A stretch of DNA of 64,000 nucleotides. Source: Octopus vulgaris. Its lineage: Eukaryota. This document shows, in pieces, positions 1-12,674 of the stretch. The position numbers and the translations under genes are program-made. The notes beneath the pieces are model-generated. The model ran no database searches. It was not told where the DNA came from and saw only the letters and a list, made by a program, of their open reading frames with translations. Within the stretch, counting starts at the first letter, position 1; each line of letters opens with the position of its first letter. Location: positions 65,968,001 to 66,032,000 of the forward strand of contig OX597822.1 in the NCBI GenBank assembly GCA_951406725.2, read 5' to 3'.

Positions 1-266
1 AATTAGTTCTCAGTTGAGTCTGTGTAGAATTGTTCTGCAGATTTGACACAAGAATCAGCAATCTTCTTACCAAAATGAGAGGAATTCTATCAATGTTAAA
101 TATAAATATTATACAATCCATCGAGATAGTGGCTGGACATACTAAAGAAAAGTCAGCCAACGTTCTCATATTCTTATATATGTGCGCGCGCGTATGTATG
201 TGTTTGTGTGTATCTATACATATGTATATATGTATGTTTGTATGTGTTTTAGCGCTTATACAATCC

Positions 267-298
<32 letters not shown>

Positions 299-1641
299 CG
301 AGGGAAATGAGACATTTGCATTTCGCAAACTTCGAATGCATAACAACGGGGAAATTAATCTCGGCCGTCATATACTGACATAATGAAGAGAAAATAATGA
401 TCTCAAAAATATGCATTTTAATCATCAGGCCTAAGACAAAACAAAAAAAGTATGATTGTTCGAAAGTGTATATATTTTCAATTTGATCGACATAGCTTTT
501 AATTATTTTACCAATCCCGGATATCTATCATGCAAATTCGACCGTCGCTTGCCGGATTTGCACTCAAGGACTCTCTGGGCCTAAGACGTTTGAAGATTAA
601 TCCGATGCTCTTCCTAGTCTCTTAAATTACAGACGGATTTATATATAAATACTTTTGAAGTGAACCGTCTCGGCAGCAACAACAGGTTTAATATTGCTTT
701 CTAATTGATTGAATATTGATTTTCAATGAGTATATTTAGTAGAAACAATCACCCAAATCAGTCATAATATAATACATATGCGACGGGAAAGGAAATCTTA
801 CTTAATGATATCGTTTTACTTTAAATAATTCGAGAATTTCAATCAAAAATATTTAAAGAAAAGCACACATAAAGTACACAAATACCCACTCACCCACAAA
901 CTCACAAACATATACATGATTCCTGTATTATAATATTTTCCAAAGCAGTAATTTCTAAAAATTCCTTCGAAGTAGGTTACCAGATACTTTCACCTGCAAG
1001 TGTGAAGTGACAATTATCAGGAAATATCAATTTTTTTCATAAGCTTTTCCTTGTGATATTTAAAAAATTAAAATTTCCACTTTTTTCGGTTAAAATATAA
1101 AACAAGAAGAATTCGAGAGAGAGAGAGAGGGGGGAGAGATGGAGAGAGAGAGGGAGGACTCGTTGCCAAGGTATAAAAGAAAATAAAGAAAAGTATTATG
1201 GAAGCACTGTGTCTCAGTGTAAGGGGAGATCTCGCAAGCATACTAATTGCGCAAGAGATGTAATAGAACACTCCCTGTCTGAACCCAAGTGCACTATTGC
1301 GGTTCCCCAAGTGCAATATGCAGTTAAAATCAGTGACTAATATATATATTTTAGAAATGAGGTCAGAAATTGATTTGGTTTGCGAGCGGTAGTTACATAT
1401 CAAAATGTTCAAAAGGTGGTGCCAATGTTTATGGTAACCTGACCTTTTGAGCAGCATTCTTTGTTCAGAAGGTGAAAAGTTATTTTGAAATATCAGTAGA
1501 CATGTGTATAAATTTCTACATGCATAATGCTCTAATACATAATTACACTCGCAAATATATACACTTATAATACATAAATACATACATGCAAGCGCACATG
1601 CTCCCACATATTTATTTATGTATAAATAGTGTGTGTGTGTT

Positions 1642-1683
<42 letters not shown>

Positions 1684-1717
1684 GAGAGAGACGCACACAG
1701 ACATATATATATATACA

Positions 1718-1921
1718 TGCATGGTCTGATCATTAAGTATCAGTGTTGTTGCCATAGTAACGAAGTTAAAGCACGCAGAGTAAAACCGATTGGCACAGAT
1801 TAACATCCAACTCTGCTGGGCATGCGCACTAAGTGTTACCGCTCTAATTCACTTCTGCTGTTTACAGCTGTGTCTTCGAAGGAAAGATTTTAGTATGTGA
1901 TCGTCGCATTGTCCGTGACAT
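1718..1921 (+). mobile_element. Probable 5' end of a mariner-like DNA transposon, truncated at about the start codon
   Basis: Begins in a (TA)n tract. The sequence gtctgatcattaagtatc..gttgccatagtaacg..gcatgcgcac..gtgatcgtcgcattg resembles mariner left ends as I recall them. No second TIR seen. Confidence 0.4.
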
Positions 1922-2702
1922 ACATTTAAGGAGATCTTCGCAACTGAAACCCAGTGTCATTTCGGTCAGCTGAAAGCAGTTTTGACACACAGTTGGCATA
2001 CCCATATTTTCAATGATAACGGACTGAAGTGAAGCGTGACTAATCTGTATATCCTATGATAATTTACGAATGGTGATTCGACGATATCCCCCTCACAGCT
2101 GCACGCACATCTGCGATGTTGTTTCTCAGTACTGCTGGTCGCGGGTCTCACAGAGCACTCATGAAAATCTGAAATGTCTGAACCCCTCATGCACTTGTGT
2201 GCAGCTCATAAACTCCTCTTTATAAACTTTCTGGAACTTTGTCTCGGCCTCTGAGCAGGTAACGCCATAACAACTTTCTCTTTATGGTCAATTAGACGAT
2301 CACACGCTACACAACTTCCTTCCAAGCACTGCTGTAAACAGTGGCAGTGAGCTAGAACATGACTTTGGAAGAAAAGAGATAGCATTTGGATCAACTGCAT
2401 ACATTTATATATGAAAAGATGTTGCCGCTAGCATGGCAAGAGTTTTCAGCTAATATCCGAAGATCCTGTCCAGGCAATTTCTACTAAGAATCAAGACATA
2501 TGCAGTGTCACTTCTACAGAATTAGCACCTCGTGAACTGAGCTAACCAACAGAGGACTAATATCTAGAATCCATCTTAATTTAGTATCAAATGTCTTATT
2601 CGTGTCTTGATATCTGATGCATTTGCCGCTTTCTACGCGCCCACAAATCTTCAGTCTGGAACTTATTCAAACTTCCATTCAATATGTATACATAGATGCA
2701 TG

Positions 2703-2840
2703 CATACATACATACATACATACATACATACATACATACATACATACATACATACATACATACATACATACATACATACATACATACATACATACATACA
2801 TACATACATACATACATACATACATACATACATACATACA
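2703..2840. repeat. (CATA)n microsatellite
   Basis: Pure tetranucleotide tract; similar tracts at ~3120-3225, 21080-21228 and 53385-53500. Confidence 0.97.
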
Positions 2841-3140
2841 TTACTCTGTCCAGATTATACGTTCAGATTTGTACCTGTAATCATTAGAATGTTGGGATAT
2901 GTAATACACTGCCTACATACGAAACTTGCCAAATTAGACTTTTCAAAACTAGAAAGGAGTAGGCTGATTGCAAGACTACAAATCTAAGCCATCACTGGAA
3001 CTATAAAAATCTGTAAAACTATCCAGAAGGTTATCATTTAAGTATATATAAGCATACCTAGACAGGCAACTATATGCATCAGATTACGTTTATAAAACAA
3101 AATATACAAATATGCACATACACATACATACATAATACCT
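2841..3140 (+). mobile_element. Short 3' fragment of an RLE non-LTR retrotransposon (third family, CATA-associated)
   Basis: LLCPDYTFRFVPVIIRMLGYV..LQI*AITGTIKICKT. Alignable at DNA level with 3781-4069. Begins exactly at the end of a (CATA)n tract and runs into another. Confidence 0.75.
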
Positions 3141-3195
3141 GCATACATGCATACATAAATGCATACATACATACATACATACATACATACATACA

Positions 3196-3229
<34 letters not shown>

Positions 3230-3330
3230 AATATACACTCTATAATGAAATCCGTTGGATGGATAATCCCGAGAACAAAGAAATAAGAACCCACAGTACG
3301 GTAGAATCCATAACCACTCATAATAAAATA

Positions 3331-3590
3331 AAAAAAAAATAAATGTTCCTTCTCGAGTCATGCCAAGCTCAGAAGGTCCGGTTTCCCGGTTTCAGTAGTG
3401 TAGAAATTCCCCACCTGGACGGGACGCCGGTCCGTCGCAGGATTACTCATTTTTGCCAGCTGAGTGGACTGGAGTAACGTGAAAATGAAGTCTTTTGCTC
3501 AAGAACATAACACATCGTCCGGTCTAGGAATCGAAACCACAATCTTACGATTATGAGTTCAACACCATAACCACTAAGCCGCGCGCCTCC
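3331..3590 (-). mobile_element. tRNA-derived SINE (family C) nested in an RLE fragment
   Basis: Head GGAGGCGCGCGGCTTAGTGGTTA (A box) and GGTTTCGATTCC (B box). 15-bp TSD actYataataaaata at 3316-3330 and 3591-3605. Confidence 0.85.
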
Positions 3591-4069
3591 ACTTATAATA
3601 AAATACTGGTGGAATATCCCAGTGAAGACTTTAATAAAATGTAAACACTACAACCTGATATAATGACTTGGGATAGAGAAGAGAAATTGTGTACTGCTGT
3701 GGAAATTAGCGGTTGCTAATATAAAGTTGAAGATCAGTGAAAAAGAGAATACCTACGCTGAACTATTGATAAATCTGCAGTTACTCTATCCGATCACAAG
3801 TTCGCATTAATACTTGCAGCTTTTAGCACCCTGGGATGTGTAACATACTGCTTAAAATACCAATCTTGAGAAATTAGGCTTCTTGAAACCAGAAAGGGGA
3901 AAAGTAATACGTAGACTACAGATCCAGTCCATCACTGGAACTGTAAAAATCTGCAAAACTTTCCAGAAGTTTATCATTTAAATATATATGAGCATGTCTA
4001 GATATGTAACTATGTGCATCAGAAGACATACATAGAACAAAACATACAAATATGCAGATATACATACAA

Positions 4070-4297
4070 GCGGCAAGCTGGCAGAAACGTTAGCACGCCG
4101 AGCGAAATGCTTTGCGGTATTTCGTCTGCCGTTACGTTCTGAGTTCAAATTCCGCTGAGGTCGACTTTGCCTTTCATCCTTTCGGGGTCGATTAAATAAG
4201 TACCAGTTGCGCACTGGGGTCGATATAATCGACTTAGTCCGTGTGTCTGTCTTTGTTTGTCCTCTCTGTGTTTAGCCCCTTGTGGGTAGTAAAGAAA
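4070..4297 (+). mobile_element. tRNA-derived SINE (family A)
   Basis: GCGGCAAGCTGGCAGAAACGTTAGC head, GAGTTCAAATTCC B box, core GCCTTTCATCCTTTCGGGGTCGAT..AAGTACCAG repeated more than 10 times in the window. 16-bp imperfect TSD at 4055-4070 and 4298-4313. Confidence 0.88.
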
Positions 4298-4640
4298 CAG
4301 ATATGCATACGAGCAAAATACCCTGTTGTTGATGTTCAAATTCCAATGAAGAAGCTTTAATTCTCGGTTAGAAACTAACTTTTTGTCTATTGGCGAGGAG
4401 TCTTGAAATAGAAGTGATCCATGACACATATACAGGTTTAGGTGTGGTATTTATTATTTTGGAGCAAATGACATTCTGTGAGTGAGTTCAGGCCTGTTTG
4501 ACTGTGGTGTGCAGACAAATAGTGATTAAAAGAGGGTTGGGAGATCAATAAATATGATTTGTTATCTACTAAGACGTTTGTGACGAGGGAACGTCTTCGA
4601 AACTAAGCAAAGAATTGAAACACAGAGAGATGCACACACA

Positions 4641-4738
<98 letters not shown>

Positions 4739-4782
4739 CACGCTCATATATGTATAATAATAATAATAATAATGGAATCTCC

Positions 4783-5062
4783 CGTCATGAGACGACGTAA
4801 GAGGGTTCGATAATTTCTTATCGAACAACCACACAGAGGAATTGTTTATAGTGATCAAATGTTTGGGTAGACATAAGCTCACTCCCTCCATCAGATTGAC
4901 AATACCTGTACAGGTGCAACGGATACCACGTGTCACATATCGAAATGATCGTCGAGCAACGTGAAATGAAGTGCTTTGCTCAAGAACACAGCGCAACGCT
5001 CGATCTGGGAATCGACCACGCAAGCGTGAGTGCAACGCTTTAACCACTAAGCTATGCACCTT
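4783..5062 (-). mobile_element. tRNA-derived SINE, family C-related head with a different tail
   Basis: Minus strand GGTGCATAGCTTAGTGGTTAAAGCG...GTCGATTCCCAGATCG..GTGTTCTTGAGCAAAGCACTTCATTTCACGTTGCTC is shared with 3331-3590. Confidence 0.7.
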
Positions 5063-5092
5063 CAATACATATGTTTGCATATATATATTTAT

Positions 5093-5440
5093 GCGTTGCG
5101 CCTTGGGCAAGTGTTTTCTACTATAGCCACTGGCTAGCAAAGCCTTGTGAGGGGAATTGGTTGACGGAAACTGAAAGAAGCCCGTCGTATATATGAATAT
5201 ATATATATATATGCGTGTGTATATGTTTGTGTGTCTGTGTTTGTCCCCCCCAACATCACTTGACAACCGATGCTGGTGTGTTTACGGCGCCTTAAATTAG
5301 CGGTTCGACAAAGGAGACCGATAGAATAAGTACTGTACTAGGCTTAAAAAAGAATAAGTCATGGGGTCGATTACCTCGACTAATGGCAGTGCTGCAGCAT
5401 GGCCACAGTCAAATGACTGAAACAAGTAAAAGAGAGAGAA
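5093..5440 (+). mobile_element. SINE family B, 5'-truncated, with internal (TA)n(TG)n
   Basis: ccttgggcaagtgttttctactatagcc...gacggaaactgaaagaagcccgtcg-[microsatellite]-gtttgtcccccc..gatagaataagtact..gcatggccacagtcaaatgactgaaacaagtaaaag; multiple copies in the window. Confidence 0.85.
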
Positions 5441-5444
5441 AATA

Positions 5445-5485
<41 letters not shown>

Positions 5486-6606
5486 CATTTGTATATGCAT
5501 ATATATATATACCCATATATATATATATATTTATATATATGTATATACATGCACATATATATACGTACATACCACGTACATGGATACGTTACATTGATGA
5601 AAGTGAACAGCTGCGTTTCCCCTGATTATAAATGCCCATTTATAGCAATAATTCTTTCAGAACTGCACTACATTGGTAAATATCTAGGATGTAATCTGAA
5701 AAAGCTATGATGTTCATGCATTGAAGGAGAACGGTTAACATACAAATTCCCCAAAAAAAATGAAAAAAAACCCCACGCTCTGGTAGAGTATTAGTTAAAA
5801 TATACCTAACACATTCATAGTTTCAAAATATAACACTAGTTTTTACGGATTTCTAATGATTGAGATTTCTCATTTTTTTCCAAAATTTTATTTAGAAATA
5901 AGCTATTTCCTTGTCAGAAAAATTGTAGCAATTGAAAAGAATATAAAAATAGAGAACAACAAATAACTTACATACACATGAAAATAAATATGAATGTGAA
6001 ATATAAATAGAAAGAAAACAAAAATAAATCAATGTGAACGTATCGAAATATAATAAATATATTTTGTCTAGCTCTGGTTATAGCTATATTTTCCCGACAA
6101 AGACGCATATAAAACAACACACGTTGTTTTAAAATTATATAATTTCATCGGCAGAAAGATCATCAAAGAGGTAGTTGCTATGGTTCTTTCCTTATTTCAA
6201 AAAAAAAAAAAAAATAATAATAACAATAAATAAATAAATAAAAAGAGAGAAAAACAGGAAGAATTATGTATTTCATTTTAGTATATAAGCATTGATATTC
6301 CGCTTATTCCGTGTATATTACCTCGGTATGCATACACACATAGACAGACACACGAACAGACACACATATACACACACAAAGAAACACCCACAGAGGCACA
6401 TATGCAAGCAAACACACACACACAGATAAGCACATACACAAAGACACACACCTCTCATACACGTTTTTATATGAATGTATTTCACTGTTCTCTGTTTCTC
6501 TCCCCCTCTCTCCCTCTCACTCTTTATATACATATAGCTACATGATACATATACATTTATATATATATATATGCATATATAAATGTATATATATATATAT
6601 ATATAT

Positions 6607-6645
<39 letters not shown>

Positions 6646-6755
6646 TACATACATATACAAATATACGCATATATGTGTGTGTGTGTGCGTGATTGTGTGT
6701 ATATATGCATGTAACAATATGCGTTCACGCTCATACACACTCAGACACACACACA

Positions 6756-6863
<108 letters not shown>

Positions 6864-7198
6864 TATATACGTATATACAAACGTAGACATACTTCAACTT
6901 ACGTTGGTCTGAGCTACCTCTTTTCCGACCATTTTAAGAGAAGCAATATTTAACAGATACACCTAAAAACAAATACTGGAGTAGAATATCAAAGGAAATA
7001 CACGTGAAATTATGTGTAGCCCATTTATTAAAACAAGCCTAAGCTACTGAAATTTTTAAAACATGTCTTGAGTGTTGAGTCGCATTTCTTGGAACCAATG
7101 CACCGAATACAGAGGTAAGTAGAGGTGTCCTTTTACACACATACACTGACGCACACACATAGATGTATAGATATATACATACACACATATATGTATAA

Positions 7199-7241
<43 letters not shown>

Positions 7242-8078
7242 TGTGTGTGTTTATATATATATGTATGTATATATGTGTGTGTGTATATATATGCATATAT
7301 ATATATATATATACAAAAAAAAACAAAAAAGGATAAACAAAGAAATCCATAATGATGTACACAGTTAGTATATCAGATTGAAGCTCAGAAAAGTTTAAGA
7401 CCAAAAATGTGTGGATGAAAGAGAAGTATAGTTCGAGAAAGGCATGTATCTTTACATGGCTGAAAAATATCTGATGGGAATTAGTTTAAAATTGTATGAA
7501 AATATAGCAAAATGAAAATCAAAAGAGATGGAGAGTAAGAAATGGCGTGTTATAATATTTCGACGCTCAGGAAGAAATGGAAAAGCCTTAGACGTAGCGA
7601 GGTTTCACTCTCTACATACATTAATATCTATATATAGATGTGTGTGTTGAAAAGTTCTTGTCCATAGTCTCCCTCTCAGATATACATACTTATTGCAGCG
7701 GTCCTTTAGCTTTTCTTAGTACTGTAAAAGAACATGGAAGATTGGACCTTCCAAACAGGCTTTTCGCGACACGCTTAAAACAGGAACTGTTCAACACCCA
7801 GCTCGCGCGCGTTTCTATGTATATGAAGCATATATATAAATATATATAAAAGTGCTTGAATATTTATATAAATACGGCTTTAGACATTTATGCATATATA
7901 TATATATATATATTAAATTAAAATTACGATGAACGCAAATAAACAAACGAAGTTTGCTTTTGAAGCGTTGAAATGTCTTAGAAAGTTAAAGAAGTGATTT
8001 TAAATTCTCAAACTCAGGATAATGCTAATAATATAGCCTGAACAGAATAAGTTACCCATATTTTGCAGTAAAAAGTGT

Positions 8079-8158
8079 TGGCGGCCGGCTATGAGATTCG
8101 AACTCACAACTCCGTGATTACGCGTCGTGGTGCTCTGAACCATTAAACTAAACCGCCC
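8079..8158 (-). pseudogene. tRNA-like sequence (pseudo-tRNA or SINE head)
   Basis: GGGCGGTTTAGTTTAATGG..GTGAG-TTCGAAT-CTCAT-AGCCGGCCGCCA: A and B boxes, intact T arm, imperfect acceptor stem, encoded CCA, but the anticodon stem does not pair. Confidence 0.55.
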
Positions 8159-8237
8159 ACACCACACGTAAGCCATAGAACTTACTCACCATTACCTGAA
8201 ACCTTTGTTTCTTATTGACACCATTACCTCTCATAAC

Positions 8238-8315
<78 letters not shown>

Positions 8316-8317
8316 TA

Positions 8318-8459
8318 TGTTGTGTCTGAGGAGAGTCATTCTCTTTTAGTGCCTTATTATTTAACATACTTACCGGTAAAATTTTACCGTGGAAATTTTA
8401 CCGGTGAGTGTGTTAAATAATAAGACACTAAAAGAGAATGACTCTCCCCAGACACAACA
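8318..8459. repeat. 142-bp inverted repeat (about 67-bp arms, 4 mismatches, ~8-nt loop)
   Basis: tgttgtgtctgaggagagtcattctcttttagtgccttattatttaacatacttaccggtaaaattt is the reverse complement of aaattttaccggtgagtgtgttaaataataagacactaaaagagaatgactctccccagacacaaca apart from 4 transitions. Confidence 0.95.
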
Positions 8460-8559
8460 GAATATGCTTCAACACACGAACTCATATCAAGAATCTTGCA
8501 AACCAAATCCCAAAACGAAATATATATATATGTATGTATACATATATATATTTAAGAGA

Positions 8560-8593
<34 letters not shown>

Positions 8594-8684
8594 GAGAGTG
8601 AGAGAGAGTAACAGAGAGCGAAAGAGATAGAAAGGGAGAATGAAAGATAGATAATAATGTGTGTGTGTTTGTGTGTGTGTATTT

Positions 8685-8758
<74 letters not shown>

Positions 8759-8808
8759 CGGAGATCAAAATATTGCTTGATATATTGTAAGAAATATATA
8801 TCTATATC

Positions 8809-8839
<31 letters not shown>

Positions 8840-9629
8840 ATATGTGCAATAAGTATTAGCAACTAAATGATATTAAAGATTACAAAATAACAGTAATTAT
8901 TTCAAGAAAACAAATCTAAAAAAAATCACAAAGTGAACAGTAAACTTCTTGTCGTGGTTGTTGCATCAGAAGCTATTCGTGCTGGTTGGTATGTATTGAT
9001 CAGTCTTTTTTTGACTGAGTCATTAACTTGTACTCGATCAACTGTAATGTAAGCCCAATGCTATGTGATCTTCTTTACACCCCGAACCCAGACATAATAT
9101 TAATCACAAGAGAAGGAAAAAATAAAACACTCACTGTACATCATAAAAAATATATTTTATAACACCACTAAAAATTTCACCCAACAGTTGTGATTCTGTT
9201 TTATTTTATTTATCTCTTCCGGCATATTACAAATTTTCTCTCTCCTTCTCTCTACTTCCATATCTTTTTCATTCACACTTTCTTTTTCTCTTTCATCTGT
9301 TTTTCTTTCTGTCGCTGTCTATACTTCAGCCTTTCTTTCTATGTTGCTCACTCTCTTTTTCTTTCTACCCTCTTCCTATTCCCTTACTCGTATTTGATGC
9401 TGGTTAGATTTAGCATAATGCGGTATAATGGAATTTGAAATTATCATTACTGCTATCATCATCATTATTGGTGTTCTTAATATTATTTATGTTGATGCGA
9501 CTATTTTATCTCTACAGAGTCGATATATAAAGTATCTTTCAATGACTTGTGTTAAATAAATTCAGCAACCACATACCTCCACTTTGCGATCTAGTGTGTA
9601 TATTTCCAATTATTTCCATTATTATAATG

Positions 9630-9825
9630 GGTGGCGGATTGGCACAGTCGTCTAAGAGTTCGGCAGATGCCTTCTAATATTGTTCTGGCACTCTGTGCTC
9701 TGAGTTCATATCACACGGCGGTCAAGTTTACTTTCATCCATCTGCGGTAGATAAATTAATGTACCAATGAAGTGCTACTAGATCTACTTCTTCAAATTCT
9801 AGGTCTTGTTCCTGCGTGAGAAACT
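9630..9825 (+). mobile_element. Degenerate SINE family A
   Basis: ctgagttcata..ggtcaagtttactttcatccatctgcggtagataaattaatgtacca matches the family A core with many substitutions. Confidence 0.6.
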
Positions 9826-11199
9826 TTTATCCTTAATGGTGGTGGGTTATGAGAACATTTTAAGCTTTCGGCGAAAGCAAAAAGGTTTGTGGTATTTAAT
9901 CCTACTGTTCATATTTATAATTCACATTCTTGTCGGCCTCAACTTTGCTTTTAAGCATTTCAGAATCGATGAAATAAAGTACAAATTTCATACGAGATTC
10001 GATGATACCGACAGGTTTACCGCACGGAATAAACTGTTTTGATGCCTAAATTACGAATCATTATTACTGTTATCTGTTCTTTTTCCGGTGTTGATAAAAT
10101 GAACGGAGTCAACTACTTGGGTGAACTTAATTGTGCTCAACATTATATTTCCCAGCTTTAACGTGTACCCCGACCTCATACATCTGTGAGAAAGTGACTA
10201 GGATAAGTATTACAAATATCGAAGACATCTTTAAGGGTCACAAAGTTAATATCGATCGAGATAGGTGATGAGAGGTTGTATAAATGCGCATACAGATTTC
10301 AAACATTTATCCTTCTTTTGAAACACATGAACCCAACAAATAGTCAAGGTCAACTTTCTGCATGAACCACTAGAACTGAACAGCATTTAGATGGTACCAA
10401 ATATTTCTGCCTACGCGACTAGGATTGAGACATGTTCGTGTGGTTAATTACCACACTTTGCAATAATGATGTGCAGGATTTGAATCCAACTGGAGTAAGT
10501 TGTGCAAGCATTTTGTCATAGGTTCGAATCGACAAAAGCCGTGTTGGAAGCACCAATAATTTAGACAATCTGAGAGTTTAACATGACAGAGAATCTGTAG
10601 AACTTGTTAGAAAAAGAATTCAAAATAGGCTTAGGCTGGCATCTTCAAAAAGAAGGAATTTCTAGTTACACCGTGCATGTCAAAAAGATGAAAATGGCTG
10701 ACATATCTTTGCTTCGTTTGGGGATAATGTGTGGTACGACAGTAACGTTAAAACGCCAAAAAGCAATATCATGAAAGGTGAAGGGTAAAATAATTTTATA
10801 GTAGTTGAGTAGATATGAATATATATACATGCTTAAATACACAAGCGCGCGCATGCACACACGCACACACACACATGCACGAAAGTATGTCTTTATTTGT
10901 GTGTGCTTTGTAAGTGAGGTTTGAGTATTGATGTATATATATATATGTTTATCTTTATATTCGAAGGTAACGCTTAACATTTGCGTTTTCTATTTCGTGA
11001 ATATTTGTCAAGGTAGTGCTATGGTATTTTAATCTGAACCGGGCGTATGTTGTATGTTCTTGACAGCTGATGTCATTCTACTGCAGTGAAGCATTATTCG
11101 CGTGTGGCCTATTATCAAATATGTATCTATTATAACTAAGTAGCTGTTGTGATGATTAGTTTAGTAGCATCTTGTCTCTGCCACAATTAGAATTTTTTA

Positions 11200-11900
11200 T
11201 GTTCTTTGTAATTGAACGAGTGACTTTAAGGCATAAATATTCACATCACATTTTGTCTTAGCTAATGTCCTTACAATATTGTATAAGAATTTTTTTTATC
11301 CTCCAACCAGAGACACAGATATATTTTTATTGCATTATTCATTAATATATGCAGTTAGGTTTGGTGATAAGCTTGCTGAAGTATTGGTCAATTCTTTTAA
11401 AGTTGTTATTGATAAAGTGAAATAGAGGGCAGAGAGCAATTATATTGCTTATGTCTGTTCTTGAGCTTAGTATAATTGTTCTCAATATAATCTTTTGGAT
11501 AATAATCGAATAATGGTTCTGTATAACAGAACCTTTGTAGAGTACTTGAAATTAGGAGGACAGAGCGTTTGTTGTTTTACTGCAGTTGCTTTAATTTGTT
11601 CTTATGTGTACAGGCAATCCTATTGCTTGATAGAGAAGTTAATGTTTTCCAAAGCACAATTAACTAACTTTTACGATGTTTTTATTGAACAGCTTGTGGT
11701 ACATTATAGTTGCTGGGAATTGTTTTCTGATCAACGCTAGAAATTATGTATCTATTTAGAACATTAAAATCATTATTAAAGTTCGAGTGAAACAGGCGAT
11801 TGTTATTTCCCTGGCATTGTTATTATATGGCTATTGTCCTTACGTTTATTAGACTATTCCTTTCAAACGTTTTTTCTCACAGCACATCATTATAAAATTG
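11200..11900 (-). mobile_element. Possible very old LINE RT remnant
   Basis: Minus-strand traces ALCPLFHFI, LTAYINE (AYADD-like) and KTK..EYL in RT order; heavily eroded. Confidence 0.3.
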
Positions 11901-12163
11901 TGCAGTACTATCCTAATAAAATTTCCATCTTAAATACTTTCCGGCTAATGTTTCTAAATTAATGTTTTACAAATGATCGACGGACGAATGGAATTTCTTC
12001 ATACATAGTAAAAATCGGGGTATTGTTTCTATAACGTTATAACTTAATTCTAATCACATATAACGTAAATGTTTAAAGGATTAACAGTATTGAAGCAAAT
12101 ACTTATATAATCTTACAAAGCTGTTTCCGAACGAAATCCCATGAAAATTACAAAATTATATGT

Positions 12164-12317
<154 letters not shown>

Positions 12318-12344
12318 ATTGTGTGTGTGTATGAGTATACTTTT

Positions 12345-12520
12345 GTAACCGTGTATTGCCAACCGGTGTTGGTGTGTTTTCTTCCTCGTAGCTTAGCGGA
12401 TCGGATAGCCGATAGAATAAGTACTAGGCATTAAAAAAGTATGGGCTTGACTTCTTCCACTAAAACCCTTCAAGGCCATACCCAAGCATGGCTGCAGCCA
12501 AATGACTGAAACCAATAAAA
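12345..12520 (+). mobile_element. SINE family B, 3' half
   Basis: aaccggtgttggtgtgttt..cttagcgg..gatagaataagtactaggc..gcatggctgcagccaaatgactgaaac. Confidence 0.7.
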
Positions 12521-12584
12521 ATGTTAAAAACAAATATGTATATCATACAACCACACACACATTTATATATATATATGTGCGCGC

Positions 12585-12626
12585 GCCTATAAGCCTATAA
12601 GCCTATAAGCCTATGAGCCTATAAGC
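12585..12626. repeat. (GCCTATAA)n octamer repeat, 5 copies
   Basis: Read directly from the sequence. Confidence 0.85.
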
Positions 12627-12674
12627 AATGCATTCGATACTGTTAATCGAAATGCTCTGTCACTAATTCTAAGG

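Larger units (their letters stand above)
3232..4430 (+). mobile_element. Longer 3' fragment of the same CATA-associated RLE family, interrupted by two SINEs
   Basis: TLYNEIR..NPENKEIRTH..[SINE]..YWWNIPVKT..KCKH..PDIMTWDREEKLCTAVEIS..KISEKENTYAELL.NLQLLYP..ITGTVKICKTFQKFII (PD...E..K endonuclease pattern). The 3' UTR appears to resume after the second SINE at 4298. Confidence 0.75.
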
